A model generated the notes under the pieces. It worked only from the letters and a program-made list of their open reading frames with translations. It was not told the origin of the DNA and did not search any database. Position numbers and translations under genes: made by a program. Below, one piece after another: positions 48,430 to 60,199 of a stretch of 64,000 bases of DNA. Position 1 is the stretch's first letter, and every line of letters starts with the position of its first letter. The DNA is from Amphiscolops sp. MND2022 (Eukaryota): contig OZ076409.1 of assembly GCA_964187785.1 (NCBI GenBank), positions 13,208,001 through 13,272,000 on the forward strand, given 5' to 3'.

Positions 48430-48843
48430 AACAAGCCGGGACCGGCCCAAGTCGCCGCCATATCTAAGGCCCAGAAATAGCAAAAAGACTTCCAAGAGTC
48501 AATTTACAGTAATCTAAAATCGAAACAGCAAAAAAATGGACCGAGTGGCGCGCCGGGGCCCGCAAGCGCTAGCACCCGGCGCGCTAAAACGGGGACACTT
48601 CCGAAATTGTCAACATTTTTGTCGCAGTTGAAGGGGGGACCCTTTGGTTTCGCTCAGTATGGTATGTTACGCGGGAAAACAAGAAAAACCTTTTTGGTTC
48701 AGTTCGCTAGACCAAATAGTGCAATTTGGTGCAATAACTTGTTGTAGAACTTTTAAGAACTATTTTATTCAGTTCGCGTGGATTGAAAAAAAAGAAAAGC
48801 CACTATAATAGTCGCGTTTCACTTCATGAAGCGCCGACTAAAA
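48430..48843 (-). mobile_element. HINE-like family 1 copy nested in the Gypsy element
   Basis: aacaagccgggaccggcccaagtcgccgccatatctaagg...gcgccgactaaa. Confidence 0.88.
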
Positions 48844-51800
48844 ACACTGCGAATTCAAAGAGATAAAACGCAAAGAGAATAAACGAATTTCAACTGATAT
48901 TAAAGTTCATTATCAATATAACTGACAAAAAGTCACGGGAAATGCTTCTAATTTATAAATCATTGAACATCAAAACAACCGGAAAATTGTTTAATCAAAA
49001 CAGCTATGAGCGACATGAGCAATCCATGAGAGCCCTCGCACGGGTTAAAAAAATCAAAGAAGATCCGATCCGAATAATACAAACAAGACAAAACTGAAAC
49101 TACCCCAAAACAAAACCCAAAATGAAAAATTACGATAGTACGACACAAAAGAAAAACAACTGCAGATTCTGCGGCTAACAAAATTGGACCAAAGCATAAT
49201 CCCGGAAAAAACCATGAAGTGCAACAACTGCCTGAAAATGGGGAATCTCGCCCGAATATGTTGCAGCGAACGAAATAAGAACGTCCCAAAATAACATGGA
49301 AGATGCAAGTTCAGAAGAAGAAGAAGAAGAAAAAGAAAGAGAACCCGAAGAAATTCACCACATCACACTAATAAACAGAAAACAAATGGACATCCTTGAC
49401 AAACACGGAGTCGGAATAAAAAACAAACAGGAAGATACAGGAACTCAAAATTGACACCGGTTTTTCGGTCATCATCATGCAAAGCAACCAAAACCTTTAC
49501 AATATTAAAGACATCCAAACTCTGGAAGAAAGATACCAGGATGTAAGCAAGATTGTAAGCAGAATATTGGGGGAAATTATGGGTGAATTGGGAATACAAC
49601 AACATACTGGCAAAATTATCGACCGTAATTATCAAAAGAAAAAATTTACACCACTATTGAGTTTAGAATGTTTGGAACAACCACCAATTCGCATAAACAA
49701 AAACTCATGGACAACGGAAACGACTAATTAGAATACATCCCTAGAAAATTTTAAAAAACTTTTTGGCACGAATCACACAAAGACATTGAAGTGAAATTAC
49801 AAACAAAACCGAGATGTTACCCAATACAACAGAAAACGCGATCTATACTGTACCATCTTCGAGATTATGTGAAGAACGATTTTGACCAACTAGTTGAATC
49901 CGGACATCTGAAAAGACTGGAAAACCTTGCCGAACATTGTTCTGTATCACCCGTTTTAATATCCGAAGAAAAACAAATGCGTCAATATTGCAATAGACCT
50001 TTGAAAATTGAATGAGAGTTGCATAAAAAAGATAACTCACAAGCCAAACATGGACGAACCTCTCAACCGAATATCATCAAAATTATCAACGAACGACACC
50101 AACCACATCTGGATAACTTTAATAGATCTGGATTATGCATGCGGACAAATGAACCTAGCACCTGAAACATGCAAACACTCTAAATTCACCAATTCGGGAA
50201 AGAAAATCAAGGGATAATACCGCTTCCGTAAGGGATATTACGGTCCAGCAGACATACCAACAAAATTTCAAAAGAATACACCATATACTCAGACACAAAC
50301 ACCTTTATGGCTAGAGGACATGAAAATCATAGCCTAGTAGCGGTACGGAAGAAGACCACTCTTGAAAACTGGAATAGCTACTTGAAAAACTGGAGAACAA
50401 AAGAGACAAAGCAAGCAAGAAAAATCAAAATTCTACAACAAACGAACAGTATGGCTGGGCCATACGATTTCATAGGACGGAATCAGACCAAGGAAAGAAT
50501 AACAAAGGAAAATGATAAACAGACTAGAGCTCCAACCAACACAAAGGCGCTGAAATTTCACTTCATAGCAAGTTGATACTTTGCAAAACTCGTGCCGAGT
50601 TTATCCGAAAAGACGAACAATATGAGACAACTGTTCGAAAAAGCAACAGAAATGGAAGATACGCAAGATCGAACTACAGAATAAGAAGAGAATTAACATC
50701 ATAACCATGCCTTGCAGCCTACAAGGAAACGAAGAAAACATCCTCACAACAGATGTTTGCAATTCCAGCCTCGGAATAGCATTATGGTAAAAACAAAATA
50801 ACGGAGCCCTAAAAACCTTGTTTCCGCAAACCGATTCTTCAGTGACGTGGAAAGTAAAGATTCGGTCGGCGAATTGGAACTATTAGTGGTGTTTCGAGGC
50901 TTGGAACGCTTTAATTCCATCTTTACGGAAACAGGTCCAAATATTCTTCGACCACTAGATTTTTGAACTTTAACAAAACTTTACCAAAACGAAAAAAAAA
51001 TAAACAATATAGTGCCAGATCAACACGGTGGCACCATAGCTCGATAGATAAAAACATTTTGACATCACAATAAAATATACCGCTCGGAAAGAAATCCAAC
51101 TCAAGGACTTTATGAACAGAAATTCTACCAAAAACGCGGAAAGGACAAAAATTTCAAAAAACAGCTCGTAATCAGCACCATTGCGCAACTAGCAACGGTA
51201 GATAACCGCATAGGACGGTTTTTCATCCTATCATAGAACACCACCATGTACGAAACAGTAAACATGCGTGATACGCGACACAGGCAAACTGGTAGGCAGA
51301 GCTGCATATCAAACAATAACCATACCGACAATAAAATTATGAAGATAAACAAGTGAAAAGAAACCCAACAACTACTAAACAGACGCATTGAACTAGCCAG
51401 AAAGAGAAACATGCGACACCAGTCCGTAAAATAGCTGGAAAGACGGATTCTGATAACGAGGAGATCAGGAGAAGAGAATAGAGAGGTCAAACACATCGAC
51501 ATCCGCACGAAGAAAAAAGAAGAACGCCGGAAACGGTGGAGGATATTTCATAGACTTCGGGGACCAGGTTCCCCAAAAACCCGGAACATCGACAAAAACA
51601 CCAATGGAGACCAATGAAGACTTCGAATCGACGGTCTCTTCCACACCCTGAAAGCCAAAGACCACTCAGGAACCTGGAGCGTTCACGGCAAGTTAGGTGC
51701 AAGACGTTTGAAAGTGATCAATAGCGGCGATCGCGGCACACAAGATCCGAATCAACCGAGTCGTAAAAAATAAAATCACAAGAAAAAAGAACCAAGAAGA

Positions 51801-53531
51801 CAACGTCAGATCAACGTAACTTGACGTCATGCTCGATTTGGAAACACTGAATCAATAGACCTCCGCTGATCAGGATCCATTGAACCACAACACTGCCTTG
51901 AAGACAACAGTTTGAATCGAATCTGGCGTGGTTCTAATCTGGTCATAGAAACAGACATGAATATGTAAATTTCATCGACCATAGTATGAACGCATTGTCA
52001 TTCCAAGAGCTTTCGATACATATCACTAACGCATTATATTTTGGACATGCCAGAGTTAGTGTGTTTTAGTGGTCTAACAAGGAAGCAGATATCGAGAAGT
52101 TAGCAAAAAAAGCTCCGCCTGTCTGAGTTTTTGAGTCCTCTCTTAATATATTAGTCACGTTTGACCGGTAGCAAAACTTTGCAAAAACATTTTTTCAGGA
52201 AACCGTAACGACGTAACGACGTTCCTGCGGGAAAATACAATTATTTACGGAATACAAAATCGAGCAAAATTGACAGAGGCTGCGCGTTTGTTTGAAAAGC
52301 ATTACTGTAATGAAAACAACAAAATCAGTAACTTTGGTACAGCAAACTTACATACTGGCACGGGATTGGCTGAACGACCATCCAATCACTAAAGAATAAA
52401 CTGAAAACGAATCTGGAGGACGGCCTCAACCAACGCAACAGCCTGAACAAAACATTACACGTACTTAGAATTACTATCCTGTTGGAAACCAAAAAATCAC
52501 TCTTTGAACACCACTTTCGACGAAATTCTAGAACAAATTTAACTAACCTAAAAATTGCTATTCCAGTAGACTCCAAAGACCTCTCTGGCTACGTACCCCG
52601 GAGTTCCACCAATGAATCCTGGACCAAGAAGACAATTGACCTGAAATACAGACAGCGGATAACACTCACGGAAACAAAGAACCGTCTGGTACGGGAAACA
52701 CAATCAAAAATAACAACTATCCGCCTACTTGCCACAAAAAAGCCCAATAAAAGAATATCCTGGGTAGCATATGTGACAAAAAAACGCCACTAGCAGTTTC
52801 AAGAAATGACCATACGATAACAGCCGACAAAAATGTAACCACCCACAGGATTTTAATATCAAATGCTACCATTTCAAAACAACACCGGGAAAACGGATTG
52901 GCACCAGAGAAACAACTACCAACGACCAGCACTCCTGCTCCTAAACCTTTGATGCACCTGCATCATGCAGATACTGAAGAAAAAAACCGTTTTCCACCAG
53001 AGAATTGTGAGATTAGCCAGGACTGGCTGATACGAAGAGAACAGACACGTAATGAAAGAGGACAAATTACGTCCTCCGGAAAATCCACTGACAAATCAAT
53101 GGAGTTGGATTTAAGCATCATCTCGTATGATGTCTTCAACTGTTGTAACACCAGCGAAGGAAAACCAGTTCATACGAATAAAGAGGATGAACTGCAAATC
53201 CACCCAAAAGAAACAAACCTCTCGAATCAGATATAAACAACGGTTAATAACCAAATGAACCGAATGTCTCAGTTAGAAAGTCAAAGAGACTACTATTTGC
53301 GAAACAGACCGAAAGACTAGGCAACGTCCCATACTTTACAGATTATAACAAAACGGAAACAAGTTTTAACCGTGATTTTTTACAGGAAAACTAGACCAGA
53401 TTCCAGAAGGACAGTGAGGAGAAAAAAACGTAATGTACAGACAATCACCAGTAAACATAGAGTCAACCTAAATATACCGAACATTTAGCATCAAATACCC
53501 TACATCACCGAATCTCTCCGGAGGCGGGGAA

Positions 53532-53746
53532 TGTGACATGGTCAAGGTCACACCACCATCAAGAAGAGCAGCCATAGAGTTGTTGGCTAACAAACGCAGA
53601 AGTATTCTCATTAGACTGCTCTATTTATGTTTTAAGTATTGTTACAGGTTCGCTACTACTTGATTCATTATAGATACAAAGTTGGTTAATACAGTTGAAG
53701 TTTCGAACTCATCATTTATTTTAACATAGATTTAGTAACCTTAACA
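53532..53746 (+). repeat. 3' LTR, preceded by polypurine tract ggaggcggggaa (53520-53531)
   Basis: TG...CA termini (tgtgacatg...ttaaca); diverged copy of the 5' LTR. Confidence 0.85.
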
Positions 53747-54083
53747 AATTCAAGCTCGTGTTTTTGAATAGATTTTTTTCTAAAACACGCATGATCTGTC
53801 CATTAATTCCATAAGTATTAAATTTTTGCAATACTTTTTCAACAAAAAAGTTTTTGAAATTGTTTCAGAGGTGAACGTTTTAGTATCTTGAAAACGTTCT
53901 TTAGAACAGCTGCGTTGATTTATCAATTTTGGAGTTAAAATCAACGGTAGAAAAGAACGTATATGACAAGGTTCAATGTCAAAACCGTTGTTATTTCGTC
54001 TATACAATTACAATGAAACAAATTGGGGTGTCAAGAGCGAAATATCACTCAGACACAAATGACACAAATTTGGAGAAAAGATC
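53747..54083 (-). mobile_element. Upstream part of the LINE RT interrupted by the Gypsy element
   Basis: Minus strand NQRSCSK (NQAGFRK position) and LQKFNTYGINGQIMRVLEKIYSKTRA, which normally precedes GVRQG (found at 47730 on the other side of the LTR element). Confidence 0.7.
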
Positions 54084-54770
54084 AACAAGCCGGGACCGGC
54101 CCAAGTCGGCGCCATATCCAAGGCTCAAAAATAGCAAAAAGACTTCCAAGTGTCAAGTATTCGTTTACAGTAGTCGAAACTCGAAAATTTTTCGAAAATT
54201 TTTTTTTTGAAAAAATTACATACTAAAAAAATGGACCGAGTGGCGCGCCGGGGCTCGCTACCGCGAGCCCCTGGCGCGCTAACGTCTCACAATGCCGAAA
54301 AACTGAAAAGGGGGACCCTTTGAGGTTTTTCAACATCCATTCTGTCGCAAAACATGAAAAAATTGAAGAAAAAAATTTTTTTATTTTCGGGAGAAAATCT
54401 CACAATGCCGAAAAAAACTGAAAGGAGGAACCCTTTGGGATTTTCCAACATCCATTCTGTCGCAAAACATCAAAAAAAATGCAGGGGGGACCCTTTGCGG
54501 AAAAAAAATTTCGAAAAAAAAATCCGAAAAAAATGTCTCGCAGTGCCGAAAAAAAATGAAAGGGGGGACTCTTTGGTCTCGCCCGGTATGATATGTTACG
54601 CGGAAAAACAGGAAAATTCATTTTGGTCCAGTTCGCTAGGCCAAATGGTGCTATTTGACACCATAATATTTTGTAGAACTTTTAAGAACTATTTTGGTCA
54701 GTTCGTGTGGATTGAAAAAAAAAAAAGTCACTATAATAGTCGCGTTTCACTTCATGAAGCGCCGACTAAA
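54084..54770 (-). mobile_element. HINE-like family 1 copy
   Basis: aacaagccgggaccggcccaagtcggcgccatatccaaggctc...gcgccgactaaa. Confidence 0.9.
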
Positions 54771-54799
54771 AACATGTAGCTGAAGGTAAACCAAATGGT

Positions 54800-55700
54800 A
54801 ATGCATCACCTAATTGGAACACCTCGAATAAGTCCTCTGTGAAATTGGATCAAAGTGAAATCGTGCCGTTTTCATCACTTAATTCCGATCAGAATAGAAA
54901 CTTGGGAATATTTCTCTCTTTCATTATACATTTCACATCCAATCAAAATAACGTTTCTTACTTTACTTCGCTTAGACGCTCAACTGGGTTTCTCAGTTCC
55001 TAGTCAGGGTTCAGCTCCCAAGCATGCGGAATAATTCCTTACTTCCAAAAAAATCGATTTTTTGAAGTTCAGTTGTTTTTTTTGTTTCCATTTATTAGAA
55101 CTGAAGGCATTGAGATTGAGATAAAGTGATCTCTTTTTAGTACCCTCTGTTCAACACGTCAAGTGTAATTGTCAATCTCATGTAACGTTTCGTTCGATTG
55201 TTCAAATACGCACATTGTTCAAACCAAGAATGTAAATGTTTTGCGCTGATGTCCTTGTTGATATCGAAATGAGCCACATTTGAACTTCTTTCAACAACAA
55301 CCAAGGTGATAAAAACTAGGTTCACAAAGATGCAGGTGATTTCATGCCACTTTGACATTAATAGACCTAATAGACCTTCCCTTCCACCATAATTTCACCC
55401 CCATTGACTTTTCACATGCCATAAACTTCCACATTTTTAGGTAATGAAAATTCCGCTTCAAATCTACTCTTTCCTGGCGGCTAATCTGGAATTGAGGCCA
55501 CAAATATATCTTGACAGTGTTGAGTGCGAAGGAAAAGTGTGAAATCATAGCTTTCCTAACCTTCAATGACATGCATTGAGGATTCCCCGGGTCTACATTT
55601 TTAGTTGGAGAAGCGAACTAATTAATTTCTCTTTTTACTGGAATTCCTCGGGGCACTTCTTTGAAGTTCCCCGATATAATTAGTCAAAGTCTGGCAGGCT
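54800..55700 (-). pseudogene. Second, heavily decayed LINE (CR1/L2-like) remnant
   Basis: Minus strand HFSFALNTV (DFSKAFDTV position), WKFM...GRSIRSINVKSG (V.SGVPQG position), DLFEVFQ (DLIEVFK position). Confidence 0.4.
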
Positions 55701-56501
55701 GCCAGAGAAAAAAGAGGATGAAATAGAAAACTGCTTTGTAATTAAATGCTGAAGTCCTCGGGGTCAAAAAGTATAAAAATGTGACCTTGTATTTCAAAGA
55801 AGAAAAGGCTCATTCTTATGCAAAGTTAACATCAAATTGTAACTTCGTATTGCAACCATGAGTTATAACTTTCCGGATACTCAATCTATGCGCATTATCT
55901 GCTTTAAATCTTTCAATGTCTAAATTCTACTTTTCGGAACTTTCGAGTTAAAATGCGAAATTGGTCATTTCTTAAATTGGTCACTTTTTTAAAAATATAT
56001 ACGATTGTATTCATTTTTGCATTCAGTAAATTTGCAAAGAAGAACTCAAAAAAAAATCCAAAGGGTGATTAAAAGATGGAATGAAAAAAGTGAAAAAAAA
56101 ATTGGAAGGAAACTATAGTATGCTTTTTTAAAAGCTACCAATAATATCTACTGAGCTGCCATATAGACCGCTTCGAGCAAATTAGAGTCAGTCTTTTCTA
56201 ATGTATGTAGTCTATTTAATCTCTATTCGAAAAAAAACAATTGGAAAGCAAAATGCTACTGACACTGTGCGATTTTCTTTGAAAAATATATCATTTTGAG
56301 TTTTTGATGGTTTCAGTCTGAAAAAAGGGCTCTTCGAGAACAGAGAGTTTGTTTCGGCACAGTGAGATTTATATTTCTCAGAAACACTCTGGGCAAGTTT
56401 GAAAAAGTTTAGGCATACATTACACGCGGAGACAATGGGAAAACTTGTCTATTGATCTATGACGCATTTTGCAACCGTTGAAAATAATGGCTGGCTAATT
56501 C

Positions 56502-59020
56502 GCCCGCGACTTAGAGGTTTATATTGCAAAAATCAGATGATATCAGAAAACAATTCCGGGAAAAACAAAAAATCCAGATTCTTGCACCGAGATAAACCGC
56601 GAAATGCCAGAATCTGAAATTGAGAACCCTGCTGGAACATTGTCAGTGAAACCCCCTAGCAATGTCAGTGAAGACCCCAACTCCCCCACCAGAGCCAGCG
56701 TCTGAACAATCAAGTTCAAAAGTCCGAAAATTTCTGATGCCAAACTTCTACTCCAGTAAGGTCTGAAAAGCGCGCTGAAAAATCCAGTAAATCAGACCAT
56801 GACTCCGAGCAGGCTTCTGTTGATACTCTGGCAGGAAAAGATTCCATTTACAGACCTCCCTGAGATTCACAAGTAAAAACAATCCCTTCAGGCAATAAAA
56901 TACCAGCGCGCAAACAGCTATTAGACAATTTTGCAAAAAAGATGATAAAATTTTAACAAAGGTACAGATTCTGCTCTCCAAAGACAGTACAAACATGCTT
57001 GTGGGATGGTAGCGTCCGAGCGCGTGAAACTTTCAAAGTCGAACAAACTTTCGAGATTTTGATGAAAATACGAACATGAATGAACAGGACACAGGTGTGA
57101 TTTTCAAAAAAGAATATGCCAAAACGAAACATTTGTACTCAACTTCAAAAATTTATTCTAAATGCTTTGTAAAATGCTTACTTTGTTTCGCTCTGGCATT
57201 TGTATACACGCTTTTCTTACTTTGTTAGCTATGAAAAAAGGTAAAACGCAGATAAAGTCAAATTCAAATTCAAACGGAGTGCCAAAAAAGTATCGTAGTA
57301 TTCACCGTTTTTACAAAGCGAGTATAATATTAAGTTCGAATACAGAAAGAACCTGATGGGATATCCAACGTCAATTAAGTAAACTAGCTTTTACTGCCAC
57401 CACTCAGCTCGATTAGTGCGTAGAGAACTTCACCAGAGTTGTAGAACAATTGACCAATGAGGTTAGAGAGCCATCTCGGATTCCGCAGCACATTCGGAAT
57501 ATTATGTAATACTCTCGCATGACGTACATAGAGAGTCTGATAAGAACAAAATCTGTGTGAAAAATGCTTGAGCTTCTGAGAACCATTTTAAACAGGGATG
57601 ACATCAAATGCAAATTATGGAAAGTTGTTCTGGCTATTGGAGAGAATTTTTATAGGCATATTGAAAGTTCCATCGTTTTTGCGTTGATGCTTCTGAAGCC
57701 ACAAAATCTGAAAAGTAGTCTTAGAGAACTTTCCAGAAGCCATATTAAGTAGTATTATTTTTAAAGCCCGCGACGTAGTGATTTATTCATATTATTTATG
57801 TTATTTATATTATATATTTTTTATATTTGAAAAATCGGATGATATCGGAAAACAATTCCAGGAAAAGCAAAAAATCAACGTTTTTGTTGCGCGATAAACC
57901 ACGAAATGCCAGAAGTCAAAATTGAGAACCCTGCTGTAACTCATAGCATTGTCAGTGAAGCCCCCTCAGAGCCACGGTGTGAACAATCAAGTTCAAAACG
58001 TCCGAAAACTTTTGATGCCAAAACATCTACCCCAGTAAGGTCTAAAAAACGCACTGAAATGTCCAGTGAATCAGAAGATGACTCCGAACAGCCTTCTGTT
58101 GATACTCGGTGGGAAAAATTCTATTTACAGACCTCCCCGTGATATAAAAGTAAAAACAATCCTTCAGGCATTTGAAAAAATTCGCTCACAAACAGCTATT
58201 TGACGATCTTGCAAAAAAATGATAAAAATTATCAACAGTACAGATTTTGCTCTCCAAAGACAGTACAAACATAATTGAGGGATGGCAGCGTCCAAGCGCG
58301 TGAAACTTTCAATGTCATACATTCGAGATGTTTTTGAACATTGGACCTGAATGAACAGCACACAATTGTGATTTTCAAAAAACAGTATGCCAAAGCGAAT
58401 CTTTTGTACTCAACTTTGATCTAAATGCTTTGTCAAATGCTTCGTTTGCTTCGCTCTAGAATTTGTGTGCACGTTTTTGTTACTTTGGTAGCTATGAGAA
58501 AAATTAAAACGCAGATAAAGTCAATTTCGAATTCAAACGGGATGCCAGAAAAGTCTTGTAGTATTTACCGTTTTTACAAAGCGAGTACAATAATAAGTTC
58601 GAATACAGAGAGAACCTGATAACATATCCAAAGTCGATTAAGTAAACTAGCTTTTACAGGCACCACTCAGCTCGAATAGTGCGTAGGGTATTTCTCCAGA
58701 GTTGTAGAACAATCGACCCATGAGATTCGAGAGTCATCTCGCATTCCGCAGGACATTCGGAATCGTATTTAATATTTTCGCTTGGCATACATAGAGAGTT
58801 TGATAAGAACAATATCTGTGTGAAACTTACTTGGGATTCCGCAAACCATTTCAAACAGGAATGGCATCATCAGACAAATATGCAAAGTTGTTCAGGCTAT
58901 TGGCGAGAATATTTTCAGGCATAATGAAAAATCCATCGCTATTGTGTTTATGCTTTTGAAGCCATTAAATCTGCAAGGAATAAGAGAGAGTTTTCCAGGA
59001 GCCATTTTGAGTAGTATAAT
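56502..59020. repeat. Head-to-tail duplication of a ~1.26 kb unit (56502-57765 and 57766-~59020) with decayed coding-like content
   Basis: Both copies start gcccgcgac and align throughout; paralogous ORFs 57162-57356 and 58425-58619. Confidence 0.9.
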
Positions 59021-60199
59021 TATTAATTGAAGATGTTTGGCTATAGTGAGTAGCATAACTATAATAATATTAATAAAATTATTGGAAATAGAATACTTTC
59101 CAATCATGTCAGGGTCACAAGTCACTTGGCTTAAAATCATTCAGCTTATTTTTGTGCTCGAGTCTATTGGCCTATAAATTTTGAGCCAAAAGACCACGAA
59201 ACTGAGCCATGTCCATTCTAACTCAAGCAATGACTAAAATCAACCCTTTAAAGACTGAAACTGAAATAAACTTTAACGAAATGTTTAAGAAAGCAAGGTT
59301 TGAATTTATACGAGGAAAATAGCATACTTGTTGTAAGTACTTGTAAGCTTCGCGAAGTGAAATAGGAGTCACTCTAACTCGGAACAAACAACATTGTGTG
59401 TTGGCGCTAGTCAATTGCAGGATCAGAAACTCAAATTTGAACGTGACTGACGAAACCCATAACTCAAAACACTTAGAAACTTTGTCAACTTTCCAGTTGA
59501 AAAATTACAAGTTGCACCAGAAGTTTTGCATCGCAACAAAGGGCGGTCCCACTTTTGATCAGGGAGGCGTAAAACTTGTCAAGCTTCAGCGCAATGAAAG
59601 CCAAGCTGCACGCTCATTTGTCCGTCGACCCGGACAAGAAGATGAGAACGAAGACAACTCGTTGGTGAACACACTGAAGAAGATTGCCCAAGAAAACAGA
59701 CAGTATTCTGACCCTGGGAGTTTCGGCTAATGTGATTCTGGGAGTTTGGGCTTTTGTGTACTCTGGAATTTGGACTTTAGCATCTATTTGTGCATCTATT
59801 CTACTTTTGAGACAAATTGTATACTTGAAAAGCCTATTGATTCCAAAATCTGACCAAAGACGTCACTGCAAGTGTATCCACCAAGTAAAAGCAAAGGGGT
59901 TAAGTCAGAGGGACACGATGCACCGAAACAATCAAGTTCGTCAAAAAAAGCAAGTATAATTGACAGTTTTGGGTTAAAACCTCAAATCATTGGCAATTGA
60001 ATGAAAGATTGAGCATTTGTCGTTTTATGAATGAAATTGGAGAACTGGAGAAAAGTGAAAAAGTCGACAAGAACCCGTTCTGAACATCGAGAACCCTGAG
60101 TGAAACATAACCGTCATCTGAACAAGTGAACTCCAGAAACAAAGAAAGGCACGGGGTAGAGCTTCTTCGCCTTACAATTGTAATGGACAAAAACACAAA

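Larger units (their letters stand above)
47768..53746 (+). mobile_element. Decayed Ty3/Gypsy LTR retrotransposon
   Basis: Two related ~212-215 bp LTRs, PBS and PPT; remnants in order PR (KIDTG), RT (LIDLDYACGQM, YRFRKGYYGPADIP), RNase H (TTDVCNSSLG, GELELL), integrase (TIQSLKN, FEHHFRRNSRT); many stops and frameshifts. Confidence 0.9.

Noticed and set aside
54023..54779. Recurring K/F-rich ORFs (also 2934-3266, 18687-18889, 32454-32731, 42058-42339)
   Set aside because: Chance frames in HINE family 1 interiors; frames are not preserved between copies.
57162..57752. Shared in-frame stops in both duplicate copies as evidence of an alternative genetic code
   Set aside because: All three stop types occur, and the semaphorin exons use the standard code; decay before duplication is simpler.
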